This document shows, piece by piece, positions 22,581 through 34,427 of a stretch of DNA of 64,000 nucleotides. The position numbers and the translations under genes are program-made. The stretch is from Eledone cirrhosa (lineage: Eukaryota), in contig OZ024744.1 in assembly GCA_964016885.1 (NCBI GenBank), forward strand, positions 7,130,001-7,194,000, written 5' to 3'. Within the stretch, counting starts at the first letter, position 1. Each line of letters opens with the position of its first letter. Under the pieces are notes generated by a model, which was not told the DNA's origin, did not search any database, and saw only the letters and a program-made list of their open reading frames with translations.

Positions 22581-22859
22581 CTTTTAGATAACAGATACCA
22601 TTATGGCGGGAAGACTTATCATTAGTTGGCGGTGTCTTATAAAATACATGTAGCTCTGCCATCAACGATACAATCAATGCGGACTCTGAAGCCACCAGTA
22701 GATGGCGCTAAGTTGGTTACAGACAGGGTTAACAGCGATGGTAGAAATAGGTCCACGTTAGGTCTATAATTCACCTCTACTAAGTTACAAAAGTTAGGGG
22801 CAGAAATACAAATTAATAACTTGATTAATTCACAAGATATCGCACGGACCAGCAAGAAT

Positions 22860-23510
22860 GTTGTTGTTGTTGTTCTTCTTCTTCTTCTTCTTCTTCTTCT
22901 TTTTCTTCTTTCACCTACATATTCCTGGGAGGGCTGTGGTTGTGCAGAGTCAGTCTTCAAGTACTCTAATAGATCCAACTGGATCTACAAACAAGACCAG
23001 CCGAGCTCGGGGTCCCTTTCCTGAGACATTCTAAACACATATACGTGTTATATCCGGAGAAGTAGCGGCTCTACCTGGAGTGACTCTCTGTTCTCCGAGT
23101 TACACATTCTATCGAGTAACGTCACTCAAAAGACTTTTCGGAGGAAGGAACCCCATTTCGGTCGCTTTAAATCACAATTGTATTCTTTCGTTCATTACTC
23201 AAGATTCATGACGTATGTAAGGTCTGGCACGAATACCGAATTGAAGATAGCGAGTTTGGCTTTTATACCTTCCTCCCTTCTCCCGATTACTGAATGCTGA
23301 AGCTGGTACATTGCTGCACCAGTTCCTACAATGCTTGCACTTAATTCAGCCTCCTATCTTCCATCACTCGTGAATATGGCTTCGATATACTTGGACTTCT
23401 CTACCTGCCCCAGTGTAACTCCATTCATATGTAGAGTGGACAATTGACTCAGTCGTTGCTGCACTGAGTTTCATTGCTGCCATGCAACACTCGGCATCAA
23501 CATTATCAAG
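22860..23510 (-). mobile_element. Degenerate RTE-like LINE 3' portion with (AAG)n/(AAC)n tail
   Basis: Minus translation includes VEKSKYIEAIFTSDGR*EAEL; simple-repeat tail at ~22860-22910. Confidence 0.55.
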
Positions 23511-24319
23511 TGCATGTCATAGAAATAATTTTTCTCTGATATAATTATAAGCCTATTATTTTCTTTGAGAACCAAGAAATACTCAATAAACCTTATATCT
23601 AGAATATATTCCACATGAAAGTCACAGTCTAGATTCCTTTCAATATCCATTACTATATTTTGGATTGGAAAGTAGTCAATACAAATTTAGAGTTTAATAA
23701 GGCTGGGCCAGTCGCCTGTTACTGTGATGGCAAGATTTGTTGTAAAACGTTTGCATAGAATCAGTCAAACAATAATTGGGTGAGCAGTCAATACATAGAG
23801 CTGAGTAAAGATATATAAACACACACATACATACACACACACACGCGCTCAGACATTCACACACACTCACGCAATCACACATTCTCTCTCTCTTCCACAC
23901 ACACATACACAAACGTACTCTCACAACAGCAACAACAACAATAGAAATAACAACAACGACGACAACAACATAAAACAGGCTGGCAGATACTTCGAAATTT
24001 CAGCTGTAGTTCATCTAGGTAACTGCTAGCGGGTGGGAAGGAACAATAGCGGATAGCTTAGAATTTGGCTGCTTTGCATTTCTAAAAGATATGTGAGCTA
24101 TTTTTACTGAAATCAGGGCATAAATCTGTGATCTACTTTTAGCATTTAGTAAGCTGATAAGTCGAGATGGATATTTTTTTACGGATTCGTATTTGTTCAT
24201 TTAGACTGTTTTTTTTGTTTTGTTTTTTGCGTGTGTGTATGGGGGGGGAATTTATATCTATTTTTCTATCAACAGCTCGCGCTCCCTGGTTGCTGGGTAA
24301 AGTATTCTGTGTTCTCCTT

Positions 24320-24354
<35 letters not shown>

Positions 24355-24548
24355 AGTGTTTATATATATATATATATGTGTGTATATACATATACATATA
24401 AACATATATATATACACGCGTGCACACACACACATACAGATATATAAACATGAGAAAGAAGAGAGGGCATACAGACACACACGTGTGTGTGTGTTACATT
24501 ATATAATACAGTTTGGTCTCAATGTATCTGTTTAATATGTATACATTC

Positions 24549-24593
<45 letters not shown>

Positions 24594-24674
24594 AACTTAC
24601 ATACACACACACACTCACACACACATAATATATATATATATATATATACAGGGAGAGATAGAGAGAGAGAGAGA

Positions 24675-24717
<43 letters not shown>

Positions 24718-25139
24718 TTCTATGCTCTTAACACTAAGCTGGGCGCCTTCACCCCCACATATATATGTGTGGGGGTGGGATAGAAAAAATCAGACGTAGA
24801 AACGTTAACTGCAGATCACCTTGGTTGCTATGCAATGCAGAGGGGCGGGGAGGATTTAAGTTTGACTGGCTTAGCGTGCATTGTGATGCCATGTTAGCCT
24901 ACCTATAGAGTAACACGCGTTGGTACAGAGGCCACATGCAAAATCAAGTTGTATGGGTTACTCAAAGGTGTTATTTCCATGAATACGACATCTGCTATGG
25001 TTTATTGGCCCAACCTTTGATATAGAAACACGTCTAAATTCCCCACCGGTACGAGTCTCCTTAGAACCCCGTTCTTGGAGCAGAGTAGTAATTCCCATAT
25101 ATTTAGCTACTTGCTTCACGTCAGCATAGACCTACTGCT

Positions 25140-25942
25140 TCGTTTTGAATACTTTAACACCGGTAACAACCAGACTTCACCACTGGACTCTTTCTAATGC
25201 AAGAATTTCCCGTGTTTATTTGTTGATGTTGCCCTTCTTCAAGGTATCTTTCAGGCAGTCGTTAAGGTGCACGTGTAACTTGTACTGCAGATGTTTACCT
25301 TGCCATAGTTCGCCATACAATACTTGGTTTGAGAGTCTGCTCTTGTGTATGTGTATTATGTGACCTGAATACAAGAGACGCTGTTTCATGATCATTCTCT
25401 CGATACTCGGTAGACAGGCCCGCTTCAGCACACCTGTATCTGGTGTATGAGACCTCCTCCATGAGATCTTGAGGATGGAGCGCAAGCATTGTTGGTGGAA
25501 ACGTTCGAGACACTGGATATGGCCGCAGTATGTTGTCCATGTCTCACATCCACGCCACATGGCTGTAAGCACACATGCCTGATACACCTTCGACTTACGT
25601 GGACCCACTGACATCTGATTGTGACCACATGCACTTCTCCAGCATCGGGAGCTTTGGACAGCCGGTATCCTACCTCATCATCAAGAGTTCTTGGTACTGG
25701 AGACAGTACAACCCACGTAGACAAACTTATACACAACCTTCAATATTTTTCCTTTGACATATAGATAGTCAGCCGACACCCATCACCCGTTGCCAAGAGC
25801 AATCCACTGTGATTTGAAGGCCTTCTTTTGCGTGGCTAACAAGATCACAATCGTCTGCATAACGAGGATTACGTATCAGTGTGATATATGTTATTGTTGC
25901 AGCAATGAATCGTTGGATGTTAAAGAGCTTTCCTGGTGATAG

Positions 25943-25991
<49 letters not shown>

Positions 25992-26530
25992 GTATGCCAC
26001 CATCGGTGTTGGTGAATGCTTTCAACAAAACAACTGCAAAGAAGATGGCAAACAATGTCGGAGCGAGGAGGTCACCCTGTTTTACACCTGTCTCAACTGA
26101 GAAAGGTTCTAGTATCTCACCAATGACACAGATCCTTGCTCTTATGCCATCATACAATGAACGTATAAACCCTATAAACTTCTCAGGGCAACCCAGATTC
26201 ACGAGAATAGTTCAAAGGGTTTGTCTATTGACTGTGTCAAAGGTCTTCATGAGATCAATAAAACTATTGTACAGATCAAGTTGTTGCTCCTGACACTTCT
26301 CCTGTGCCGTGAAGGTCATTTCTGTAGGGCCCCGATATGGGGAAAACTACACTGAGATTCCATCAGAAAGTTATGTGCAATGTGTGTCAACAGACCAAAA
26401 ATCCTGGTATTTTATCAACAACTGGTAGTAAAGAGATATCATGGTAGTTGCCACAAACATCTTTGTATGACTTCTTGAAGAGGAAGACAAGAATGGCATC
26501 CTTCTAGTCCTGTAGGACTGCATCCTTCAA
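25140..26530 (-). pseudogene. Degenerate RTE (BovB-like) RT and C-terminal region
   Basis: LGCPEKFIGFIRSLYDG..FSVETGVKQGDLLAPTLFAIFF; YADD region; KVYQACVLTAMWRGCETWTTY..LERFHQQCLRSILKISW. Confidence 0.9.
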
Positions 26531-27229
26531 CGACACCTGGTGGTATTTGTTATACATCATACAAACTTACATATATACATACATACACACATGCATTCAT
26601 ACATACATATATACATACATATGTTAGTAACTGCCTCAGTACAAATCTTGAGAAGCTAGGCTTCACAGGAACAGAAAGAACACAACTAGTTAGGAAACTA
26701 CAAGTACAATCCATTAATGGAACAGTAAAAATATGTTAAATATTCCAAAAATGCTGCATCTAATAACTGCATATACACATGTACAGATACAAAGCATATA
26801 CACATGAACACATACAACTCAAAACACACACATCCACACATACAATAACATCCATATCTACACATGCATGCATGCAGACATACATACATATCTACCTAGT
26901 TGATGTTGTGTAAATTCCAATGAGAGAGTCTTGTGTCTATGTTAGAAACCGACTCACTCTCTGTTGGTAAAATTTGTGAAATTATAAAACCAGAAGAACA
27001 TACATACACACACAAACACACACGCACATACCTACATGATGGCTGCTCCCTCGTTATCGAGTATGACCATTGCACGATATACCATTATTAATAATTATTA
27101 ATTAATTATATCGTGCAATGCCTGTGCGTGAAGATATTTTTTTAAAGTGAGGAAAGACTGTGCACTGAGCCAATCCCACTCTATGAGCGACAGTAGCTAT
27201 AACCCGAAAAGAAGAAAAGATCAACATCA

Positions 27230-27562
27230 TCGGTAACTACTGAGCCACAGGTTTTATATCGGAGTTGTCCCAGTTTCCTGAGTTGCCTTCTCCTAGAAGA
27301 ATGCCCTGACAAAGACTAGGGGTCCTTCACTCCCAGTGGTTTAACCAAGCGGTACATGTGTATATACATATTTACACACTTTTGGATGGCCGTTGACTCT
27401 TATGAGTTCTTCCGCCCTTTGTCAGGTTTTGTTTCCTGTCCTGCAGGGTGTCCAAAATCACCCTCCTCCTTGGTGGGGTTGCCGGTTTAGTCGCCGACGA
27501 CCCGACTAAGCGACAGGTTGTACTGGTTTACATGTTACCAGTAGCACTCAAGAGTGACCCGA
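27230..27562 (-). mobile_element. Probable RTE 5' UTR fragment
   Basis: Minus motifs gggcggaagaactc..gagtcaacggcc and ctaggagaaggcaactc resemble RTE leader sequences (from recall, not searched). Confidence 0.4.
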
Positions 27563-27624
27563 CATACATACATACATGCATGCAAACATGCATACACACA
27601 TACATGCATACATGATTCACACAA

Positions 27625-28118
27625 GAGATATGGATGCAAACAAAACACCTAGATGTGAAAACAAGCGCAGACTCTGCAGAATTAACATCGAAGATATCAC
27701 CCATGCCATAAGCAGCTGTCCAAAGATGTCATCGCGGTATTATCTACCTATGAGGCAGGATGTAGTGGCTAAAACACTGTACAATGTAATCCCTAAAAAA
27801 GATAGCACCGATAATAAACACATTAGAAGCTATAACAATGTGGAAGACATACATATACATAATATGAAAGAGTACTGGTGGAATGTTCCAGTAAAAACCC
27901 CAATAAAATGCAGGCATAAAAGACCAGATATAATGATATGGGACAGGGAAAAGAAGGCATGCACAGTAGTGGAAGGTAGCTGCCCAGCCATTATAATATC
28001 AAAGATTAGTGAAAAGGAGAATATTTATGCAGAACTGATGAGAAATCTGCAAATACTCCACCGTGATTACACCTTTAGATTTATGCCTGTGATTATTGGT
28101 GCACTGGGATATGTAAGT
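27625..28118 (+). pseudogene. C-terminal Zn-knuckle plus restriction-like endonuclease of an R4/Dong-type non-LTR element
   Basis: RLC...EDITHAISSCPKM..Y..RQDVVAK; WWN..RPDIMIWD..CTVVE.SCP..K..KENIY; PVIIGALG. The N-terminus of ORF 27576-28184 is microsatellite. Confidence 0.85.
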
Positions 28119-28818
28119 AACTGCGGATCCTTGGTTAGCTTTAATGAAGCGGAAAGGGTTGAATTAATGTACCTATATATTTAAAACAAGCTTATTAATA
28201 AGAAAGGACTCGAGTTAATATTGGAAAAAATATTATTTTATAATTAGGTATCTAAATCTGAAGATTGGTATAATCATCAACGTAAACATACCGAAATCCC
28301 TTAGAGACTAAACTCCGACAGTTTCTATCAATTCCATAAACTAAATATGGTATCAACTTACAAAAGAAAAGCTCTATCCACTCAGACATTAAACACAATA
28401 GTAAATAATTAATCACACTTCCAACCTACCTCCATATATTTCAAAATTTACATCACCCTTTTCTATAATAATATGTTAGGGAGAATCCTTTTCAAAGAAA
28501 AAATACATAAATGGAGCCCAAAACACTATAACTAGCTGGTGGTAGATGAGAAATATTAAGTGTCTTAATCCCCCGTTTAGTATGAACATATCGACTAATA
28601 TAATAGATTTTAAGATGTTTAGACGCCCATTGCCCTATAATGTATACATTCCATCCATATTTCTAAAGGTGGTGGCATGAAATAAAACTCGAGATAATAC
28701 AACGATCAATGTTTCAACGTTATAACCTAATTTAAGAAAACCGAATCCACGAGCAATATCTCTGTGATGGCAGGTAACAGTTACCTGTCCTTGAACAGTA
28801 CGTACTTTTAGAAGGAAC

Positions 28819-28906
<88 letters not shown>

Positions 28907-29559
28907 ATAAATAGATAGTATGAAAGGGAGAACAGAGAGTTAGATGTGCTCATACATATCTGTACGATACATCATATTTTGAAGGTATAAATGTCAAAAT
29001 ATTTTAACATACCTCCACATTCTTGAACCATTCAACAGTATCTCATTATGACAACACATCTCTCATGATAAACATGCAAATTCAATGCGCCGCATGTTCT
29101 AAGCTTGGAAACAATGAGCAAATTAAAAACATCTAACTACTCCCGTCAAAGCAATTTTTTTTCTAAATTTATTTCTAAAAATATTTATTTTCCTACTTTC
29201 CCATTGTCTTAACTGGTGTTTTCCTGTCACAATCAGACAATATTGCCGTTTTGAAGCGCTTTTCATTATTTAGGAATCCATCAAACTATATTTTACACAC
29301 AAAAGTATAATTCACAAATCTCAAAAAGCACATCTTTCATGAAAAATATATCTTTTCTTTTTCATTTTTTTTTGTTTTGTTTTTGCTTTTACATTCCATT
29401 CACCACAATACCAAATATTCTTACACTTTTTTATTAAAGAACTCTGTACAACTAATAAACGCAAGCTGGAACTTTATTAATTAAATCACTGCAACTTTCA
29501 CAATTATTGTTTTCCCTTTTTTTTTCTTTTATTACTTTTAGTGATTCTGTTGCAACTAT

Positions 29560-29720
29560 ACTAGTTTGGACCGACCCCAGTTTCCGTCCAGTAACACTCT
29601 AAAGTTATTGGTCAACCTGAAGCTATAGTAGAAGGTACTTGTCTAATGAACCAAACAAAGGAACTGAAACACAAAATATCGCAGTTTTGAAGCGAAGTCT
29701 ATAACAAGTCAAGGATGCCG
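29560..29720 (-). mobile_element. Degenerate tRNA-derived SINE (OR1-like)
   Basis: ggtcaacctgaagctatagtagaaggtacttgtc..ggaactgaaac. Confidence 0.5.
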
Positions 29721-30529
29721 CTATGAAGTCAAACTTTTCCCGGCTCTTTTAACCAATACGTATGCAGGAAACACCAAACGATTTCCTATGGGGTCATTTG
29801 AATTGCTGGAAACAACAATCAATATTTACATGTTTCTTGAAAAGCGAAAAGAGATACATATTGGATAATGTAATGGTAGAAAGAACTTAAAAGACGGCAT
29901 TTGTTGCTACTGGAACAAATTTTATCATATATCTGGTCCCTTAGTCTTGACTTGATGGTAAACAAAAACAACGTACGGACGGTATAGACAGAGATGGAAA
30001 GCTGGTAGAGTGGGAGATGGAACTAGGGACGACAGAGTAACGGCTGGGACTGGTAGAGGGGGAGATGGTGAGGGGACGACAGAGTAACGGCTGGAATGTC
30101 TTTCATCTGGTGTGACTTGCTGCCAAACTACTACAACATTTAGATGAGATGGTCATATCTGGGATGTCCTGGATTATTGGTCTACTACATCAGGACAGAT
30201 GTTAAGCTGATCTAAAACTCAACCACGACCAACAGCAACAAGAACAACAAAAAAGGCAATATCAATAAGAATATAAAGAACAAGGTAGTGTGAGACAGAT
30301 TCCGTTTCTTGATCTCTCAGAGAATGCAACTAAATTCCCCTCATATCACATTATTCGTGTTTTTTTTTGTTTATGTTTTCTGGGTTTTTTTTACAAAACA
30401 AAGAAGTGCACATAGGATATGGTCGTCATAGAAACCATGAAGAAATTTAATCATCACTTGACAAAGCTATTTTGATCAATGACCGACTGGTCTAACAGAT
30501 ATCAATATTGACTACAGTGAAGATTTCTA

Positions 30530-30730
30530 ATTTGGCCCAGCATCAGAGATTTGGGGTAAAAGTTGATTATATGATCACTAGTAATTGACTGGCACTATAT
30601 TTTATCGAACTCAAAAGGATAAAAGCCAAAGTTAACCACCGTGGGATCTGAACTCAGAACATAGAAGGCCGTAACTAATCTCGCAAATAATTTTGCCCAA
30701 AGTTATAACGATTCTGTGAATCCACCCCCC
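30530..30730 (-). mobile_element. SINE family B, diverged
   Basis: ttttatcgaactc..aaagttaacc..ggatctgaactcagaac..ggccgtaact. Confidence 0.7.
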
Positions 30731-31429
30731 ACCATCGAACAATAAGAGTAGCAACAAAACATAGCGGGTACATATTTAAATATAATTGTTTCTACTAGAT
30801 CCATTTTGTTTGATTAATATATAAACCTGAATTGATACTTGTTTCGTTTCTTAACTTACTCATACATATGTAATCCACACATCACCACCTTAATTGAAAC
30901 TGAAGGGTCAGTCCACCTCCAGATCCCAGAAAACAAAATAAAAAAGACATTGCCTCGGAGGAATGCGACGGAGACATGCTAGAACAACGACTATAATACG
31001 CGGGGCTCGCCCTTGCCAGTAGCTAACTCCACCCTGATAACAGTGATTAAGGATGTGGTCCGGGGACCAAGAATGGCGGAAGTCTCCACTGAGTGCCATT
31101 CGAGAGTGGTGGTACTGCTTTAAGCCAGACACCGCTGGGGGTTAATTATAAAGCCATTGTTAATTATAAACTGTTCGTATAATTTTAATTTATGATAGAA
31201 TTAGCAAAAACATATTTGTAGGCATGTATTGCAATTTTACATATATACATATATACATACACATATATATATATACACATATATACGTACACATATATAC
31301 ATACACATATATACGTACACATATATACGTACACATTTTTGGCTACCTTCGCACACACTCTCTCTCACACTCACACACACACGCGCACGCACATATTCAC
31401 TCATATATACATACATGTAAAAATGCAAA

Positions 31430-31630
31430 GGCTCGCTTTGGTCAGGTACTACCAGGAACTTACACCTAGAAAGTTGCCCCCTGAGGTACAAGTCCAGGCA
31501 AGGTTGTTTGTGGAAGACCAGCAGTCACCCCTGGTATACCAGTCTCCCCTTTCTACGTCACCAATTTTGTCCAAGGGAAAGGCAATGACTGATACAGCTT
31601 GGCACTAGTGACCTCACAACTCATTTTTAT
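31430..31630 (-). mobile_element. SINE family A body (head missing)
   Basis: gaagaccagcagtc..ataccagtct..ccaagggaaaggcaatg..tacagcttggcactagtgac matches ~5290-5410. Confidence 0.75.
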
Positions 31631-31672
31631 GGCTTAGAAATATATATACATAAACACACACAGACACACCAC

Positions 31673-31802
<130 letters not shown>

Positions 31803-32179
31803 AGCAAAGAAAATTTCAATGATACTAAAGATTACTTGGTGTAAGTTCAGGTATACTCCTGGTTGGTATCCAGTTTTGGGGTGAAAATCCAATTAGAAAA
31901 TCCAACGAATTTGAGAAGTCCACGTAAGCGTTCAGATGTCAACATGAATGGACCTGTTATTTTTATCTAAAGACATTTTTTCCAACTCCAATCCACCCGT
32001 CCCTTTAATCTATCGTATTTCTCATTCTTTCTTCTTTCAAGCGTTAACCTAATATATTCCTTTCATATACTGTATTGATTGTTTTGTCATTTCTGCTTAC
32101 CTTTTATATACATACATACATATATATATATATATCAATGATATTAATAAATGGAAACTATATTTATAAAACAATATAG

Positions 32180-32240
32180 ATTTATTATATATATTTCAAG
32201 GGTACCAAAAAACTTTGATACGCACTCATCAGATAAAATA
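32180..32240 (-). ncRNA. Type I hammerhead, canonical CUGAUGA
   Basis: Minus: ttttat-CTGATGA-gtgc GTATCAAA gtt TTTGGTAC cctt-GAAAT-atat-ATA-ataaa; homologous to 35641-35706. Confidence 0.7.
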
Positions 32241-32485
32241 CAAAATTTGTTTTTTAAATAGTGAGATACCCGAGAAACCAGACCTTATCGGTTCAGGTTC
32301 CGTTTGGATATCCAAGACATATCTGAGGACCTTGCGATTTTCAGAGTCAGGTTTGATGATCATCACATCGATCGTGCCTCGAGCTGGTCGAGAAACGATT
32401 GTAATATGTACAATAAATTCCATTCGTCGCAACACTGATTCTCTTTTTTTCTGTGATATATATATAAGCAAAGGATTATTTAATT

Positions 32486-32529
<44 letters not shown>

Positions 32530-32570
32530 ATACTTTGGGAGGGTCATGTTGCCAATAAGAAACACACGCA

Positions 32571-32644
<74 letters not shown>

Positions 32645-32944
32645 GATAACAAGTTATCGTTATAGGTAAGCCAGTTAGAGGTTGTGAGTACGCTGTACTG
32701 TGGATAGTTTTAACGTACGGCGTTGTTTGACTCAACAAGAGGTTTCCTTAGTTAGGTGGCGAGTTTACGAAAATTCCCATGCAGGTCGTTTTTGGAGTAA
32801 TGGTAGTGAAAGAGTAAAGAATAACATGGTCGGCTGTACAAAAAGGGTTTTATTTACAGTATTAACAATTGTTTCATTGATCAGGTGAGTCTAAATGCCG
32901 CTAATCACTCGAAATTGCGTCACTCTTTAATTTATATATTTATA

Positions 32945-33566
32945 CTAATTGCCCAGTCGGGTGGCGCGCGGTTAGGTATACCGGCATTTTATCTTTTCAG
33001 GAATCCCCCCCCCCCCCCTCCACTCCAGTGCAAAGATACCGCACGCCCTCTCAAGTCAGCGGGTGGCGGGTGGTTGGTTAATGTGCTCTGATGTTGGGTT
33101 TGAATAGTTTTTAGGATTCCCCAGTTCAGCAGTTAAAGAAAATTGATAATTACAACAATAAAGGCTGAACAGAGAACACATTTTTTAACAAATTTTACAA
33201 TAATTTGTACAACCATAATGGAAATTCCAAGTAACAGAAAATACATAAATTACATTGTTAGAGCCTCAGAGTATACAATATTTTTCATTCGGCCATCGGG
33301 AGCAAAGATGAAGAGATTGTTTGGTGAGCTCACCCTAGAGCATCCTACATACAATTGACCATGGTTTTCCCAGATGAAGGCCGGCCACTTTTATAGTTTA
33401 ACCCTGAGCTTTGTTGATGGTAATCGCGAAGCTTAGTCTCTCTGTTACTCTAGTAACATTTTTTCTTCTGGAAAATCTGATCTTGCGGCCAGGCTGGGAC
33501 TTATTGGTTGGTATATCGGCAGTAACAATGACGATAAGCCGTATGTGCTTTCGTGAAATAAATACG
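32945..33566 (-). pseudogene. Helitron 3' end with PIF1-like helicase C-terminus
   Basis: Minus ~33440-33250: RLSFAITINKAQG*TIKVAGLHLGKP/HGQLYVGCSRVSSPNNLFIFAPDGRMKNIVYSEALTM* (helicase motifs V/VI). GC-rich hairpin and TTAG|T end near 32945. Confidence 0.82.
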
Positions 33567-33643
33567 TTTGTTTATATTTTGTTTTTCTGTATGCAAAAAT
33601 ATCTGTACACGAATATATAATTATATATATATATATTAAAATA

Positions 33644-33719
33644 ACAGATTAAAGTTTAAGCAAAGAATCGCTGCTTTCACCCTTAACGAGATATTCTGAA
33701 ACTAAAAAAATCAATCTGT
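33644..33719 (-). ncRNA. CAGA-family hammerhead-like copy
   Basis: Minus: agttt-CAGAATA-tctcgttaagggt-GAAA-gcagcgattctttgc-tt-aaact; abuts (TA)n. Confidence 0.55.
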
Positions 33720-33759
33720 GAACACAGAAGTAAATATTTCGAAAACCGTTATCTAATGC

Positions 33760-34193
33760 AGACAGCCAGACATACAGAGACATATCATACGGGCGCGACG
33801 TTATAGCTATGTATCTATCTAAAAAGACAGACTAAGAAAGAGTGAGAAATGTCGTATAACCGGAAGTGATGACATTTGAAAAGAAGTGAATATTTAAATA
33901 ATGTTTTTAATCTTTTAACAAAATTCATTACACAAAAATACCCTCACTTTTTTACTTGGAAAAAGTTACATCTATGGTGCAAATTTGGTGCTGTTTGGTC
34001 CAGTCGTTTGGCGGAAAGTTTGTTACATACATACGGCCGTCAGCTTGGAAAATGTGTGAAATCCTTGGTACAATTAGGTATTTTCTGTATATATATAATT
34101 CCTTTAAATCTTCATCAACACTCCTTCACTCCCACCCCTCATTGACAACCCCACCCCTGCCCCAGACTCACCCAAATTTCTCTTATATATAGA
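33760..34193 (-). mobile_element. Non-autonomous Helitron-like fragment (5' part)
   Basis: Minus strand starts TCTATATATAAG; tgcaaatttggtgctgtttggtccagtcgttt resembles the subterminal motif of 16170-16680. Confidence 0.4.
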
Positions 34194-34427
34194 GTCACAC
34201 ATTTCAACACAACCTGATCTCAGTTTGACAATCACCACCGGCGAATGCGAAAAAATTCTCAAGGAAAGTTAACCAGGAATCTTTAAAAATCTTCCCACCG
34301 AAGTTAACAAAGAACTTACTAAATCTACAAAACCGAATTGTAAAATCATAATATTAAATTAAATTGTTTAGAACTATAAGTGAAGTCATTCCCTTCCTTT
34401 ATTTAAAAAAAAAATATATATATATAA

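Noticed and set aside
32975-33005. CTGAAAA on the minus strand as the 5' core for GAAACAATTGT at ~32870
   Set aside because: C3/A8 mismatch, no stem I or II pairing, and it lies inside the Helitron end.
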